From Azolla caroliniana (lineage: Eukaryota > Plantae > Polypodiophyta), in NCBI GenBank assembly GCA_043228905.1, contig JBHGNT010000017.1:18228001-18292000 (forward strand): 64,000 nucleotides of DNA. Direction: 5' to 3'. The notes beneath the pieces were generated by a model that saw only the letters and a list, made by a program, of their open reading frames with translations, made no database searches and was not told where the DNA came from. The number at the start of each line of letters is the position of its first letter. Within the stretch, counting starts at the first letter, position 1. Made by a program: the position numbers and the translations under genes. Shown in pieces: positions 10,130 to 22,799 of this stretch.

Positions 10130-13100
10130 GCGGTTGTGCATGTGCGCCAACGTGAGACCGGAGAGACAGAATGTGTGGACAAAAAAGAGGACGACCGGAA
10201 GGGCGATGAAGAAGACAAGGTAAATGTGCATGAGCGAAGGGATTCCTTCACACCGGTTCCGGAGACTTCGGCAGTCGAGACCGTGTGTCGGCATAAGACC
10301 GAAGATAAAGGAGGTGGCGAAGAGGAGACAATATGGCTCGCGGCGAGCATACATGGAGGGAAGGATATGGCCGACGTGGAGGCCAAGGATGAAGCTGCGG
10401 TTGAGTTCGATGGAGAGGTTGCATGCGGGAAGGAAGGAAGAGTCGAGAACCGGTTGAACCGGAAGACGATCCGGCCGGGATTCTGACCCGAACGAAGGAA
10501 GATCCACATGGGAGCCGATCGACCGGGGCCAACCCAGCCGAAACCTGATTCGGCGAAAATCGATCGGACGATTCCGATCCAAAAGGAGGCCGACCCAGCC
10601 AGAATCAATCGATCGAGCCCGACTCGGGGAAATGTGAATGCAGACGAAGGCCAACCAAGCCAAGAAGCGATCGGTGGAGACCGATCCGGACAAGGGCAAA
10701 CCCGGCCTAATCGGAGATCGACATGAACGATCTACAATACCCAGTTGAAGACGGTGAGCGTGAGGAGTGGCCAGGAGTCCAATCGAAGGACACGCGCGGT
10801 GGACGAAGGAAGAGCAGTCGTATCGACGACATCATTCGGTAGATCTACTACAACCGATCGGGGAAGAAGGTGTGAGCGTCGGATATGGTGGATCGGGTGG
10901 CTACGGTGGTTCGGTTGGAAAGATTGCGCATACTCGAAGTGGAAGACGAAGTCGACGAGCGTGTAGAGGAACTCGGTTGATCACCGTTGCCAAAGATCTC
11001 ACCTCTTCACCTTTCTCGGCACATACCGGAGGATGTGCGGGTTTGGTGGGGGTGGATGTCGTGACGATTTTCGGCTACGGTGTGAAACCGAGTGAGACGA
11101 ATAAACCAAGGATGTGCAACATTGCACATGCACTTAGCAAATAAACCTAGCCTAATGGCACTTGAGTTCATACAGAGGGGTGCAAGCAAGGATTGAACCT
11201 TGCACCTCTAAGATACAAAATAATTGCCTGCTAAGATATAAGATAATTGCCTTACCACTAGGACAACTATCATATAGTGTAGATTTTATGTATTTCCTTT
11301 TCATATACAAATTATAGACGAAACAACCATAGAAAACCATGTGCACAAAACCATGGTTTTAAACCCATGGTTTGTGCATGACATAAGCAAAACCGTGTGC
11401 ACAAAACCATGGTTTTAGCCCATGGTTATGTGCATGTCACGAGCATGGAAAGACCTATAAAAGCCTCTAATTGGGCTTGTGTAAGGGGGGCTCAATATGT
11501 GATATCACCAACACCATTATCATCAATATAATTATATTTGTCTTTATCTTCTTCATTATTTTCTACTTCTCAAGTGTACAAGCTTTCTTCTTCTCAAGTG
11601 AACAAATTCCGTCTAATCTTACATTGATCGTCATCTCTTCGATAATTCCACGAACATCCTCCCCAGTCCAAGACCCTGGTGGTCGCTCGAGTAGCACACG
11701 CACGCGCGAATCTTCGCGACAGCGTAAGTATAGATGATGATGAGATGGTGCAAATATGCCTCAGCGGCCTCACACCACGGTTCGGCACGATGCGAACCGC
11801 CGTTCTAGCACGGGAGAAATCTCCCTCCTTCTTCGAGCTCCAATCAATGCTATTGGTCAAAGAAAACCATGTGCGTACAAGGAGCAATGAGTCGGAAGGC
11901 CACATGCTCTACACGCACTCTAATGGAGGAAGAGGACGCGGACGAACAAGAGGCCGATTCGGCCAAGGACAAGGCGGACGAGGTCCGACCTACGACAACA
12001 ACTCCCAATTTCGGCCGCAAAATGGAGGCCAACGAGGAACCTTCGCAAGAAGGGGGAGCTTCCACTCCGGCCCGAGCCGTCAAAACGCAACCGAATGCGG
12101 ATATTGCGGAAAGCTCGGCCACCACGAAGAAGAGTGCCGAAAGAAGATGCGTGAATCGGCTTCCACAAGCCTACAATTCACGAATTACGCACACAACTCC
12201 GACTACGAAGATCGTGGCAGAATGTATGCACACAACTCCGACCGTGGCGAAATGTACGGGCACAACTCCGACTGCGAAGATCGTGGCGGATTGTAGTCGC
12301 ACAACTCCGACCATGTTGGAATGTTCATGATGAAACATAGAGCAAACTCTATGTCGGACGCTACCCCAACTAGTGCCTCCAATCCGGAAGACGTATGGTT
12401 CGTCGATTCCGGTGCCTCAAACCATATGACATCGCATCAAGAATGGTTCTAAGAACTCCAAGAGCCGGACCGACCCGACTATGTCGAAACCGGAGACGAC
12501 ACTACACACCCGATTCGGCACATTGGCAATGTTCCATTCGGAAAAGAAGGTAAGCAAAATTACATAAAAAATGTCTTGCATGTACCGACCATTACGAAGA
12601 ATTTGGTCTCCGTTGGCCAAATTGTAGAGCAAGGGATGCAAGTTCGATTTAATCAAGGCGGTTGCTTCATCGAAAAAGAGGGCCGACTCATTGCACACGG
12701 ACGAAGAGAGGGCCGGATATTCATTCTCGATTCACGCGAGATGAAATCCGCCATGTTCGCGAAAAACACAAAAGCTGACTCTGACATAGAGCTATGGCAC
12801 AAGCGAATCGACCACATCAATCTCAACAAACTCAAAGCAATGAAATCGAAAGGAGTCGTCATCAGACTCCCGACATTCAAAGAGAAGGAGATTGAAGGTG
12901 TATGCGAACCGTGCCAATTCGGCAAGCAACACCGGCACCCATTTCCGAAGGAGCGGAACGTGAGCAAAGGTGTACTCGACGTAATTCATTCCAATGTATG
13001 GGGTCCCGCTCAAACGGTGACATTTGGCAGATGCCAATATTACGTGCTCTTCATCGACGACTTTTCTAGGCACACTTGGATCTATCCGATGCGGCAAAAG

Positions 13101-15920
13101 AGCAAAGTGTTCGGACACTTCCAAACATTCAAGAATGAAGTTGAGAAAGCCACGAGCCGACATGTACATTGTCTTCGATTGGATGGCGGCAAGGAGTACT
13201 TCTCGGACGATTTCACGGCGTATCTCCAAAAGGAAGGAATTCAGCGAGAATTCACTTGCTGACACACTCCACAACAAAACGGGGTAGCCGAGCGCAAAAA
13301 TCGGCACATCCTCAAAGTAGCGTGGGCAATGATGAATGAGAAGCATATGCCCAAGTCTTATTGGGCCGAAGCTGCAAATACGGTCGTCTACCTAATGAAC
13401 CGGTGCACAACATCCGGCATGCACGAGGTCACTCCGCACGAAAGATTCTTTGGAAAGAAGCCGAACCTATCACATGTTCGGATATTCGACTCCATTGCAT
13501 ACGTGCACATCCCCGACGAGAAGCGTCAAAAGCTCGACCCGAAGTCGGAGAAATGTATCCTCGTAGGATACTCACTAGAGCAAAAGGGGTACAAGTGCTA
13601 CAACCCCTCAACTCGAAAATCTCGAGTAAGTCGAGACGTCGTCTTTGACGAGTCCGCATCCTAGTACGCACCAGAGACAACTTCGACTCCGACCCCGCTC
13701 GACCCGAAATCCACCGAACAAGAGATAGAGGATGAAGATCGCCTTACGCGCATGTTCGAAGAAAGTCCGATCACGACCCGACTGAGCGGACCAGAAGAGC
13801 CTTTGAGCGATCAACGCACATCACGGCCTAGCCCGATGATGGACAAAGGCAAGGCGAAAATGGCGGAATACGCAGACGATTGCGTCGATGACGATGAGTC
13901 GACTCACTCACTCGACAGTGAGTTCGGCGGTTTCGAGGTACCAATCGAAGCCAAGAAAGCCCTCATCTCTACAAATGAAAAGCTCCGTCGATCCACTCGT
14001 GAAAAGAACCTTGTAAGCCGATTCGGCTACAACGATTATATGGCATACCATTACGCCTTTATGATGAAGGTTGCGACAATATGGGAGCCGGAAACCTTTT
14101 CGGAAGCCGCGAAGGACGCGCGATGGATTGAAGCCATGAATGAGAAGATGCAGGCACTACGCAAGAACGAGACATGGGATCTCGTTCCCACCTCACCACA
14201 CAAAAAGGCGATTGGATGCAAATGGATTTACAAAGTGAAGTACAACGTTGATGGTTCCGTCAACCGCTACAAAGCGCGACTTGTAGCGAAAGGCTACACA
14301 CAAACGCATGACGTTGACTACGAAGAGACCTTTGCCCCGGTGGCATGACGATGGTACGGACCGTAATTGCGATTGCCGCGGCGAAAGGGTGGCACCTCCA
14401 TCAAATGGATGTCAAGAACGCCTTTCTACAAGGCGAATTAGAAGAGGAGGTGTACATGATCCAACCACCCGGCTTCAACTCGAGCACCCATCCGAAAGCG
14501 GTTTGCCGACTCAAGAAGCCACTCTACGGCCTCAAGCAAGCACCGCGTGCTTGGCATTCGAAGATAACGTAATATCTTCATCAAATCGGCTTCCATATGT
14601 CAAAATCGGACAACTCCCTCTACATACGAAGCGATTCCGCAAGTCCGATCGTCATCATTTTATATGTGGATGACCTAGCCATTGGAGGAGAGCATCTCGT
14701 CGAAATCAATAAAGTCAAATCCCTCCTTTCCGACAAGTTCGAGATGACGGACATGAAGGAGCTCCACTATTTCCTCAGCATCGAGGTAATTCGGACTCCG
14801 TCTAGAATCATGATCTCTCAACGACACTACATCCTCAACTTGTTATACAAGTTCAAGATGGCTGAGTGCAAATCCACGGCAACCCCTCTCGATCGCAATC
14901 TCAAACTAGATGCGAACTCCGGCACCAAAGCGTGTGAGCCGACTCAGTATCGGCAACTCATCGGGAGTCTCATCTACCTCACGATCACTCGACCCAATCT
15001 CAGTTATCCGGTTGGTCTCCTTAGCCAATTCATGCAAACACCGCGTGATACTCACTTGGATTGCGCTAAGCGAGTTCTAGGATACGTGAGCGGCACAATG
15101 GATTGCGGCATCCTCTACAAGACCGCGATGCCAATACGAGTCGAGGGGTACATAGATGCCGATTGGGCCGGCTACAAAGCCGATAGAAGATCAACCTCCA
15201 GATTTGTTTTCTCCCTCGGCAGCGGAGCAATATCCTGGAGTAGCAAGAAGCAGCCTATCGTCGCTCTTTCGAGTACAGAGGCGGATTACAGGGGCGCAGC
15301 CGTAGCTGCGTGTGAAGCCGTATGGCTCAAGAGGATTTTGAAGGATCTGGGCATACCCAGCAAGGATCCGACTTCCCTTTACTGCGACAACATGAGCAAT
15401 ATCTATCTAGCTCGGAACCCAGTGTACCACGCGTGGACAAAGCACATCGAAATGCACTATCATTTCATCCGAGAGCGCATTCTAGCTGGCGATGTCGACC
15501 TACAACACATTACCACAAATCTTCAAACGGCCGACATCTTCACTAAGGCCTTAGGAGCCGACAAGCTATGGCAATTCATGACCGATCTCGGATTGACGAT
15601 CCCTGACCTGCCAAGCTTGAGGGGGAGTACTGAAGACACTACGCAATAACGCATAGATTCTGCAACCACACAACGAAGCAGCAAAGAGCCGATCTACCGC
15701 GCTAAGCCGTGAAGAAAGACGCAAGCTGAAGCACAGACTTCGCAACTACGCACACAAGCCGAAGCACAAAGTTAGTAACTATGCACAATGCAAGTTGGAG
15801 CACGGATTGCGCAACTCCGCATAAAGTGAGTCGATGCGAGTCGACGCGGACTCCGGAACGCGAGTTGAAGCGGATTTCGGATACCGTCTGAAACCGACCC
15901 GACTTGAGCTTCAAGGGGCG

Positions 15921-16307
15921 TGTTGAGAATCAAGCTCAACTTGGTCTAGTGTGTGAACTCACCTTGAGAGTGAAGAGACACTCCAACGGTCAAGAGTCAC
16001 CATTATGTCACCACTTTGTATTCTAGCATTTAGTATGAGTCATAGAATCATATTCTATGACACATAACTTATGAGCTTTCACATTCCCCATGCTCCATGA
16101 GTCTTGTAGTTAATGAAGAGAGAGGGTGACTACATAAAGCACCCTCCTCCCACCTTGTATAATGTTGAGTCTTTCTCCTTTGTCAATATACTTTTACCTT
16201 GCGTATTCTCTGTGTTTCACTCTCTCTCTCTCTCTCTCTCTCTCTTACACACACACATAACTCACATCTCTTCCGCTTCACAAGAATCCATCTCTTGATT
16301 CTTTACA
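15921..16307 (+). repeat. Copia-B 3' LTR
   Basis: Direct repeat of 7222-7602. Confidence 0.95.
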
Positions 16308-17496
16308 AGATCGGTAAAACCTTCCATCACAGGTTTTTCGACACCATACCTTAGCCACACCTCCGAGGTGCCTTTCAAGTACCTGAGTATCCACTTCACC
16401 ACTGCCAAGTGTTCTCTCCTTGGATTACTCATATATCGGCTTACTGCTCCCACAACAAATGTTATGTATGGTCTCGTACAGACCACAACATACATAAGAC
16501 TGCCGACAGCCGAGGTATATGGTACCTTCCTTATCTCGACCTTCTCCTTCTCCCCTCTCGAGCAATGCTTCGCATTTAACATGCGATTTGTCGGCAACAC
16601 TGAGCCGACCGGCTTTGTGTCCAACATGTTGAATCTCTTTAGATCTTCGTCACATACTTCTACTGTGAAAACCATAGCACCTTTTGAGCTCTATCTTGAA
16701 CTATGTGCATTCCCAAGATCTGTTTAGCCGGTCCAAGGTCTTTCATGGCAAACGATTTGCCGAGGGCTTTCTTCAAGCTTCCAATCTTCCTTGTATCTTG
16801 ACCGAATATCAACACGTCATCAACATATAACAAGAGAATCAAGAATTCTCTCTCTTCATACCTTTTTATGAACACATTGTGGTCGGCCTAATCTGGAACC
16901 GATGTTCCATCATGAAGGACTCGAACTTCTTGTACCATTGGCATGGAGCTTGTTTCAGTCTGTACAAGCTTTTCCTCAGTCAACACACCATATTCTCTTT
17001 CCCTTTCTCCTCAAAGCCTTCGAGTTTCTACATGTAGATTTCTTCTTCTAGCTCACCGTGCAGAAATGCGGTTTTGACATCCAACTGTTCGATCTCTAGG
17101 TCCATGTTGGCCGCTATGCTCAAAATAGTTCGGATGGATGTCATCTTCACGAATGGTGCAAATATTTCATCAAAGTCGACGCCCTTCTTCTGTTGGAAAC
17201 AATTCACCACTATGCGGGCTTTATACCTGGGCTCACTGTTGATTTCTCCAATCCTCACCTTGTAGACCCACTTATTCCTGAGTCCTCTCTTACCTTTCAG
17301 CAACTCTACTAGGTCATAGGTGTAGTTCTCATGCAAGGATTCCATCTCATCTTGCATCGCGCTCAGCCATTTTTCTCTGTGCTCGTCGACAATGGCTTCT
17401 TCATAGCACTCTGGTTCACCTTCATCAGTCAAGAGGATGTATTGACTGGCATATGTTGTCGGTGGTTTCCTTTCTCTGAGTGGGTATCTTCTTCCA

Positions 17497-20400
17497 TGAT
17501 AGGAATACGGTTTCCTAAGCTATGCTCGGCCACAACCGAGACGTCGGATCAATCACAAAAAAACAGGGATGTGGTGAGATGTATCTACACACGAAACAGT
17601 AAAGAAGAGAGTGCATTGGATGTTAACGTGGAAAACCCAAATCTGGGAAAAACCACGGCAGCCCTTAGACTACAAAATATCACTATATCAAGATTACAAC
17701 AATGGGGCATAGAGGGAACGACCTCTTCCTCTCTCTCTCTCTCCCTCGCTTTGCCACCAGGCGGTTACAACAAAGGCAACAACCTCTTCCTCTCTCTCTC
17801 TCTCTTCTCTGTACACAGTTGCGCTCTGAATTATTGCCACAACGATAATAGCACAACCAACTCTACATCATGACTATTAAGTTTGCCCTAGGTCATATTT
17901 ATATTAATATGGCTTTCGGGCTATTTACAAATATAGCCCCGGTGGGCTCTCTGGAACATATTTACATATATGTCCCTTCCATCCGATGAGAGGTTCTCAC
18001 CGGCCCTGCAACATCCGGTTCTCACCGGGTCTTCCTTATTGGGTACTCGTCATCCGGTTCTCACCGGGTCTTCCTTGTCGGGTACTCGTCATCCTCATCA
18101 ACACGGTTCTTCTCACTTCCCATCCAGAGGGACCTGTTTCCTAACAAACTCCCCCTTCACTCCGGCATGGGATGTCTTACTAGTCTGATCCACTTCCGAC
18201 ATGCATCCAGCTTGTCAGTTATTAGAACTTTGGTCAGCATATTTGACCTGTTCTCGGCCGTGTGGATCTTTGTCAATGCGAACTCTCGATCTTCTACTCG
18301 CTCCCGGATCCAGTGATACCTATGATGGATGTGCTTCATCCTGGAATGGTACGTTGCGTTCTTAGCAAGGTGGATGGCACTTTGACTGTCGCAATAGAGC
18401 CGGTATTCATCTTGCCGGATACCGAGCTCTCCGATGAAGTCCTTCATCCATAATATTTCCTTGCCGGCTTCAACAGCCGCCATATACTCCGCCTCCGTGG
18501 TTGAAAACGCAACCGTCTTCTGCAGCCTCGACTGCCACGAAACAGCACCCCTACATATGTCATTACATACCCGGATGTAGACCGGTTGGTATCCACAACA
18601 GCCGACATATCCGAATCGGGGAAACCGTCAAGTTGGGGTTTACCGGAGCCGAATCGGAGACACATATTTGAAGTGCCCTTCAAGTATCGGAGTATCCATT
18701 TGACCGCGTTCCAGTGCTCCTTGCCGGGATTGCTCATAAACCGGTTCACCACTCCGACTACGTATCCGATATCCGGTCAAGTACACACCATTGCATACAT
18801 TAAGCTCCCGACGGAAAAGGCATATGGAACCTTCATCATATCCGCCTTCTCTGCTTTCGTCTTCGGGCTTTGCTTACTAGATAATCTGCAGTTTGCCGGA
18901 AGTGTCGATCCAACCGGTTTCGCATCTGACATGTTGAACCCTTGAAGCACCTTTGTCATGTACTTCTATTGTGACAACCACAATTGCTTCTTTGGCCGGT
19001 CCCGGATGATATACATCCCCAGCATCTGTCTTGCCGGACCCAAGTCTTTCATTGAGAAGGTCTGGTTCAGGGCCTTCGTCAGCATCTGTATCTTGACTTG
19101 GTCTCGTCCGACGATCAACATGTCGTCCACATACAAAAGGAGTATCAGGAAGTCTCCACCTTCGAACTTCTTCACAAATATGCAGTGATCGGCCTATGTC
19201 TTGTGGTACCCTTGATCGGTCATGAAGGAGTCGAACTTCTGGTACCATTGTCGGGGAGCCTGCTTCAACCCGTAGAGGTTCTTTTTTAACCGGCAAACCA
19301 GGTGCTCCTTCCCTTTCTTCACAAATCCCTCCGATTGTTGCAAGTAGATCTCCTCTTCGAGGTCGCCGTGGAGGAACGTCGTCTTCACGTCTAATTGCTC
19401 TACCTCGAGGTCCATGCTTGCCGCTATGCTCAGCACCGTCCGGATGGAAGTCATCTTTACTACCGGGGCAAATATCTCGTCGAAGTCCATGCCCTTCTTC
19501 TCCTGGAACCCCTTCACCACGATCCTGGCTTTGTACCTTGGAGGGTTGTCAGCATCTCCCGGTTTCAACTTGTACACCCACTTGTTTCGGAGTGCCCTCT
19601 TTCCTTTCGGCAACTCCACCAATTCATACGTGTGGTTCTCATGCAAGGAACCCATCTCGTCCTGCATGGCACTCTACCACTTTCGGCTATTGGTGTCATC
19701 CTTCGCTTCTTCGAAGCTTTCCGGCTCCCCCTCATCGGTCAGCAGCACATGCTCTGCATCTGGAAATCTCTGGGGGACCCTTCTCTCTTTGAGAGTATAT
19801 CTCCGTCTTTGGCTTTCGGCAACCAGCTCCTCTATTTGTTCTTCATCCGAATCCGATTCGGGGTCTTGGCCGGTTCCTGTTTCAGCTTCCTCTACTTCTT
19901 CTTCTGTCGGTTCAGTATCCTCACAGTAACTGGCTGGTTCCTCAAGTGTCAACCGGCTCTTAGCTGGGTGGGTCCAAATCTCATCAGAGTTCATTATCTT
20001 CTTCTCCGACTCCCAGTCGGCAAGAGTCTTGTCCTCCATGAAGATAATATCTCGACTCCGGAAAACCTTCTTGTCAACCGGATCCCACACTCTGTAGCCG
20101 AACTCATCATCGCCATATCCGAGGAATATGCATGACCGGGTCTTTGGATCCAACTTTCCTCTCTGGTCCTTAGCAACATGTACGTACGCTAGACACCCGA
20201 ACACCTTCAAATGCCGGTAGGACACTTCCTTACCGGTCCACACCTTTTGCGGGTGTCTACATCCAAGGGCACTGAGGGTGATCTGTTTATCACATACGTC
20301 GCTGTCGACAGTGCCTCAGCCCAAAATTTCTTGGGTAGTTTAGCATGTGCTAGCATACTCCAGAACCTCTCCATTATGGTCTGGTTCATCCTCTCGGCTA

Positions 20401-22799
20401 GTCCGTTTAGTTCTGGGCGTCTTCAAGCAGCAGTACTCCTCGAACTGCCCCAGGTATTCTCCTCTGTTATCTGCTCGAACCGCCTTCAACTTCCGTCTGG
20501 TTTCTCTTTCCACTTTTGCGTGGAGTTCCTTGAAGACGGATAACACCTGATCCTTCGTCTTCAACGGTGTGGCCCATAGCCTCCTGCTGTGGTCATCTAT
20601 GAACGACACGAAGTACAGCGCTCCGGCATGGGACTTCATGTCCACTTGACACACTTCTATATGCACCAACTCCAATGGTGCATTACGTCTCATCGATGGC
20701 CTTGATCGGAAGGAGGTCCGGTTTTGTTTATCGACCAGACAATCAGTGCACTTCTCCAAGTGCACGTTCTTCATCGGAATGAGGTTGTCATCGGCAAGGC
20801 TCTTCATCCCCTTCTCGCTCATGTGACAAAGCCTCTTGTGCCACAGCTCACCGGCAGTGTCAGATGCCACGTTCACTTCCTCCGGACATAACCGGGCATT
20901 CATCAGGTACAAAGTGTTGACTTTCCAGGCCCGAGCCACTATCAAGCTCCCTTTGTTGAACTTCATGACACCGTTCCGGATGCTACTCATGTAGCCTTCA
21001 TCATCCAGTCGATCGGCTGATATCAGGTTCAGTCGAACCTCCGAAACGTGTCGAACATCTTTTAGCAACATCTTGCATCCGGTTGGTGTTGTCAACCACA
21101 TGTCTCCTATGCCGACAATTCGGCATGTACCTTCATTCCCCATCCGGACACAATCGTGATCACCGGCTGTGTAGGATGAGAAGTATTTCCGGTCCGGGGT
21201 AAGGTGGAATGACGCTCCGGAATCGACCACCCACATTGTCTCGTCGCCGGCAAGGTTCAACTCACTCTCCTCGGTGATGAGCATCAACTCTTCTTCACTT
21301 GCCGCGATTGCCGTCGTTCCCTTCCGGTCCGGCCCCCTCCGGTCTTTACCGTTCCGGTCCGGTGTCCGCTTCGAATCGGTACCGTCGGTTTCCTTGTCTT
21401 TTCGAAAGTGCCGACAGTTCTTCTGGAAGTGTCTCGGCTTGCCGCAATAGAAGCAGGTAGGCCTCCCCCTTGACTTTGACCATGTCCCCGACTTTTCCCG
21501 GTTCTGGGGACTACGGTTCCTTTGTCTTCCGCGTTCCAATTCGATAAGGAGCGCTTTGGAGTCGGAGCTCATATCCTTGTCTTTCCGACACGCCTCCTCA
21601 TCTAGCAAGTTCGACTTCACTCTTGCTAGGGATAACCGTTTCCCTTCCGGCCCGGCGTTGCCCAAAGTGACAACCAACGTCTCCCAGCTATTTGGGAGGG
21701 AACCAAGCAGGAGTAGTGCTAGTACCTCATCGGCGAGAGGTACTTCCAATGATGTTGCCTGGTGGATCCGCCCCTAGAAGGCATTCATGTGCTCCGCCAT
21801 GCTGGAGCCATCTTGGTACCGGAGTCTTACTAGCTTCCGAAATACCAAAACCTGATTAACAACATTTTTGTTCTGAAACATAATGTTGATCTTCTCCCAG
21901 AGCTCATGAGCCTTGCTCTCTTCATTGAAGTTGTTGTATAGACTCATGTAGATGAAGCACCGTATGTACGTCGTTGTCTTCATGTGCATCACCTCCCATA
22001 TCGTGGCATCAATTTTGTCCGGTCTCTTGTCCCTGAACTGAACTGGCAACCAAAGATCTTTAACCACGAGCATGTCCCTCATCTTCGACTTCCACACTGA
22101 GTAATTGGAGTCGGTGAGCTTGAACATGCCTCCCAACGAATCGTCCATTTTTCTGTGTTGTTTCACTCTAATACCAATTTGATAGGAATACGGTTTCCTA
22201 AGCTATGCTCGGTCACAACTGAGACGTCGGATCAATCACAAAAAAACAGGGATGTGGTGAGATGTATCTACACACGAAACAGTAAAGAAGAGAGTGCATT
22301 GGATGTTAACGTGGAAAACCCAAATCTGGGAAAAACCACAACAGCCCTCAGACTGCAAAATATCATTATATCAAGATTACAACAATGGGGCACAGAGGCA
22401 ACGACCTCTTGCTCCCTCGCTTCGCCACCAGGCGGTTACAACAGAGGCAACAACCTCTTCCTCTCTCTCTCTCTTCTCTGTACACAGTTGCGCTCTGAAT
22501 TATCGCCACAACGATAATAGCACAACCAACTCTACATCATGACTATTAAGTTTTCCCTAGGTCATATTTATATTAATATGACTTTCGGGCTATTTACAAA
22601 TATAGCCCCGGTGGGCTCTCTGGAACATATTTACATATATGTCCCTTCCATCCGATGAGAGGTTCTCACCGGGCCTGCAACATGCGGTTCTCACTGGGTC
22701 TTCCTTGCCGGGTACTTGTCATCCGGATTCGGCCGAGGCCGATAGGCTCATCAACACAGTTCTTCTCACTTCCCATCCGGAGGGACCTGTTTCCTAACA
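17497..22799 (-). mobile_element. Copia-C: full-length Ty1/copia (Tork/Tnt1-like), defective, nested in Copia-A
   Basis: LTRs 22180-22799 (5') and 17497-18146 (3'); perfect TSD TTCCA (17492-17496, 22800-22804); degenerate Met PBS ~22165-22176; PPT GGAGTGAAGGGGGAG ~18148-18162; gag-pol 22145-18157 with CFYCGKPRH, VVDSGAS, LLLYVDD. Confidence 0.95.

Larger units (their letters stand above)
8184..11721 (+). mobile_element. Non-autonomous gag-only LTR retroelement (gypsy-like) nested in Copia-B gag
   Basis: LTRs 8184-8825 and 11057-11721; perfect 4-bp TSD GCGT (8180-8183, 11722-11725); PBS TGGTGAACCCGACaTGAA (8831-8848) complementary to the plant tRNA-Trp 3' end; purine-rich PPT before 11057; no pol motifs seen. 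Confidence 0.92.
7762..15649 (+). pseudogene. Copia-B gag-pol polyprotein (7762-8183 joined to 11726-15649), multiple stops and a frameshift
   Basis: KLDRNNFASW gag start, CGYCGKLGHHEEEC zinc knuckle, WFVDSGAS protease, GAG-pre/integrase, QMDVKNAFL and ILYVDD RT, DADWAG RNase H. Confidence 0.93.
7222..16307 (+). mobile_element. Copia-B: full-length Ty1/copia LTR retrotransposon (defective)
   Basis: LTRs 7222-7602 and 15921-16307 nearly identical; PBS TGGTATCAGAGC (7603-7614, tRNA-iMet); PPT ~15911-15920; flanks GGATC/AGATC; gag-PR-INT-RT-RH order. Confidence 0.95.
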
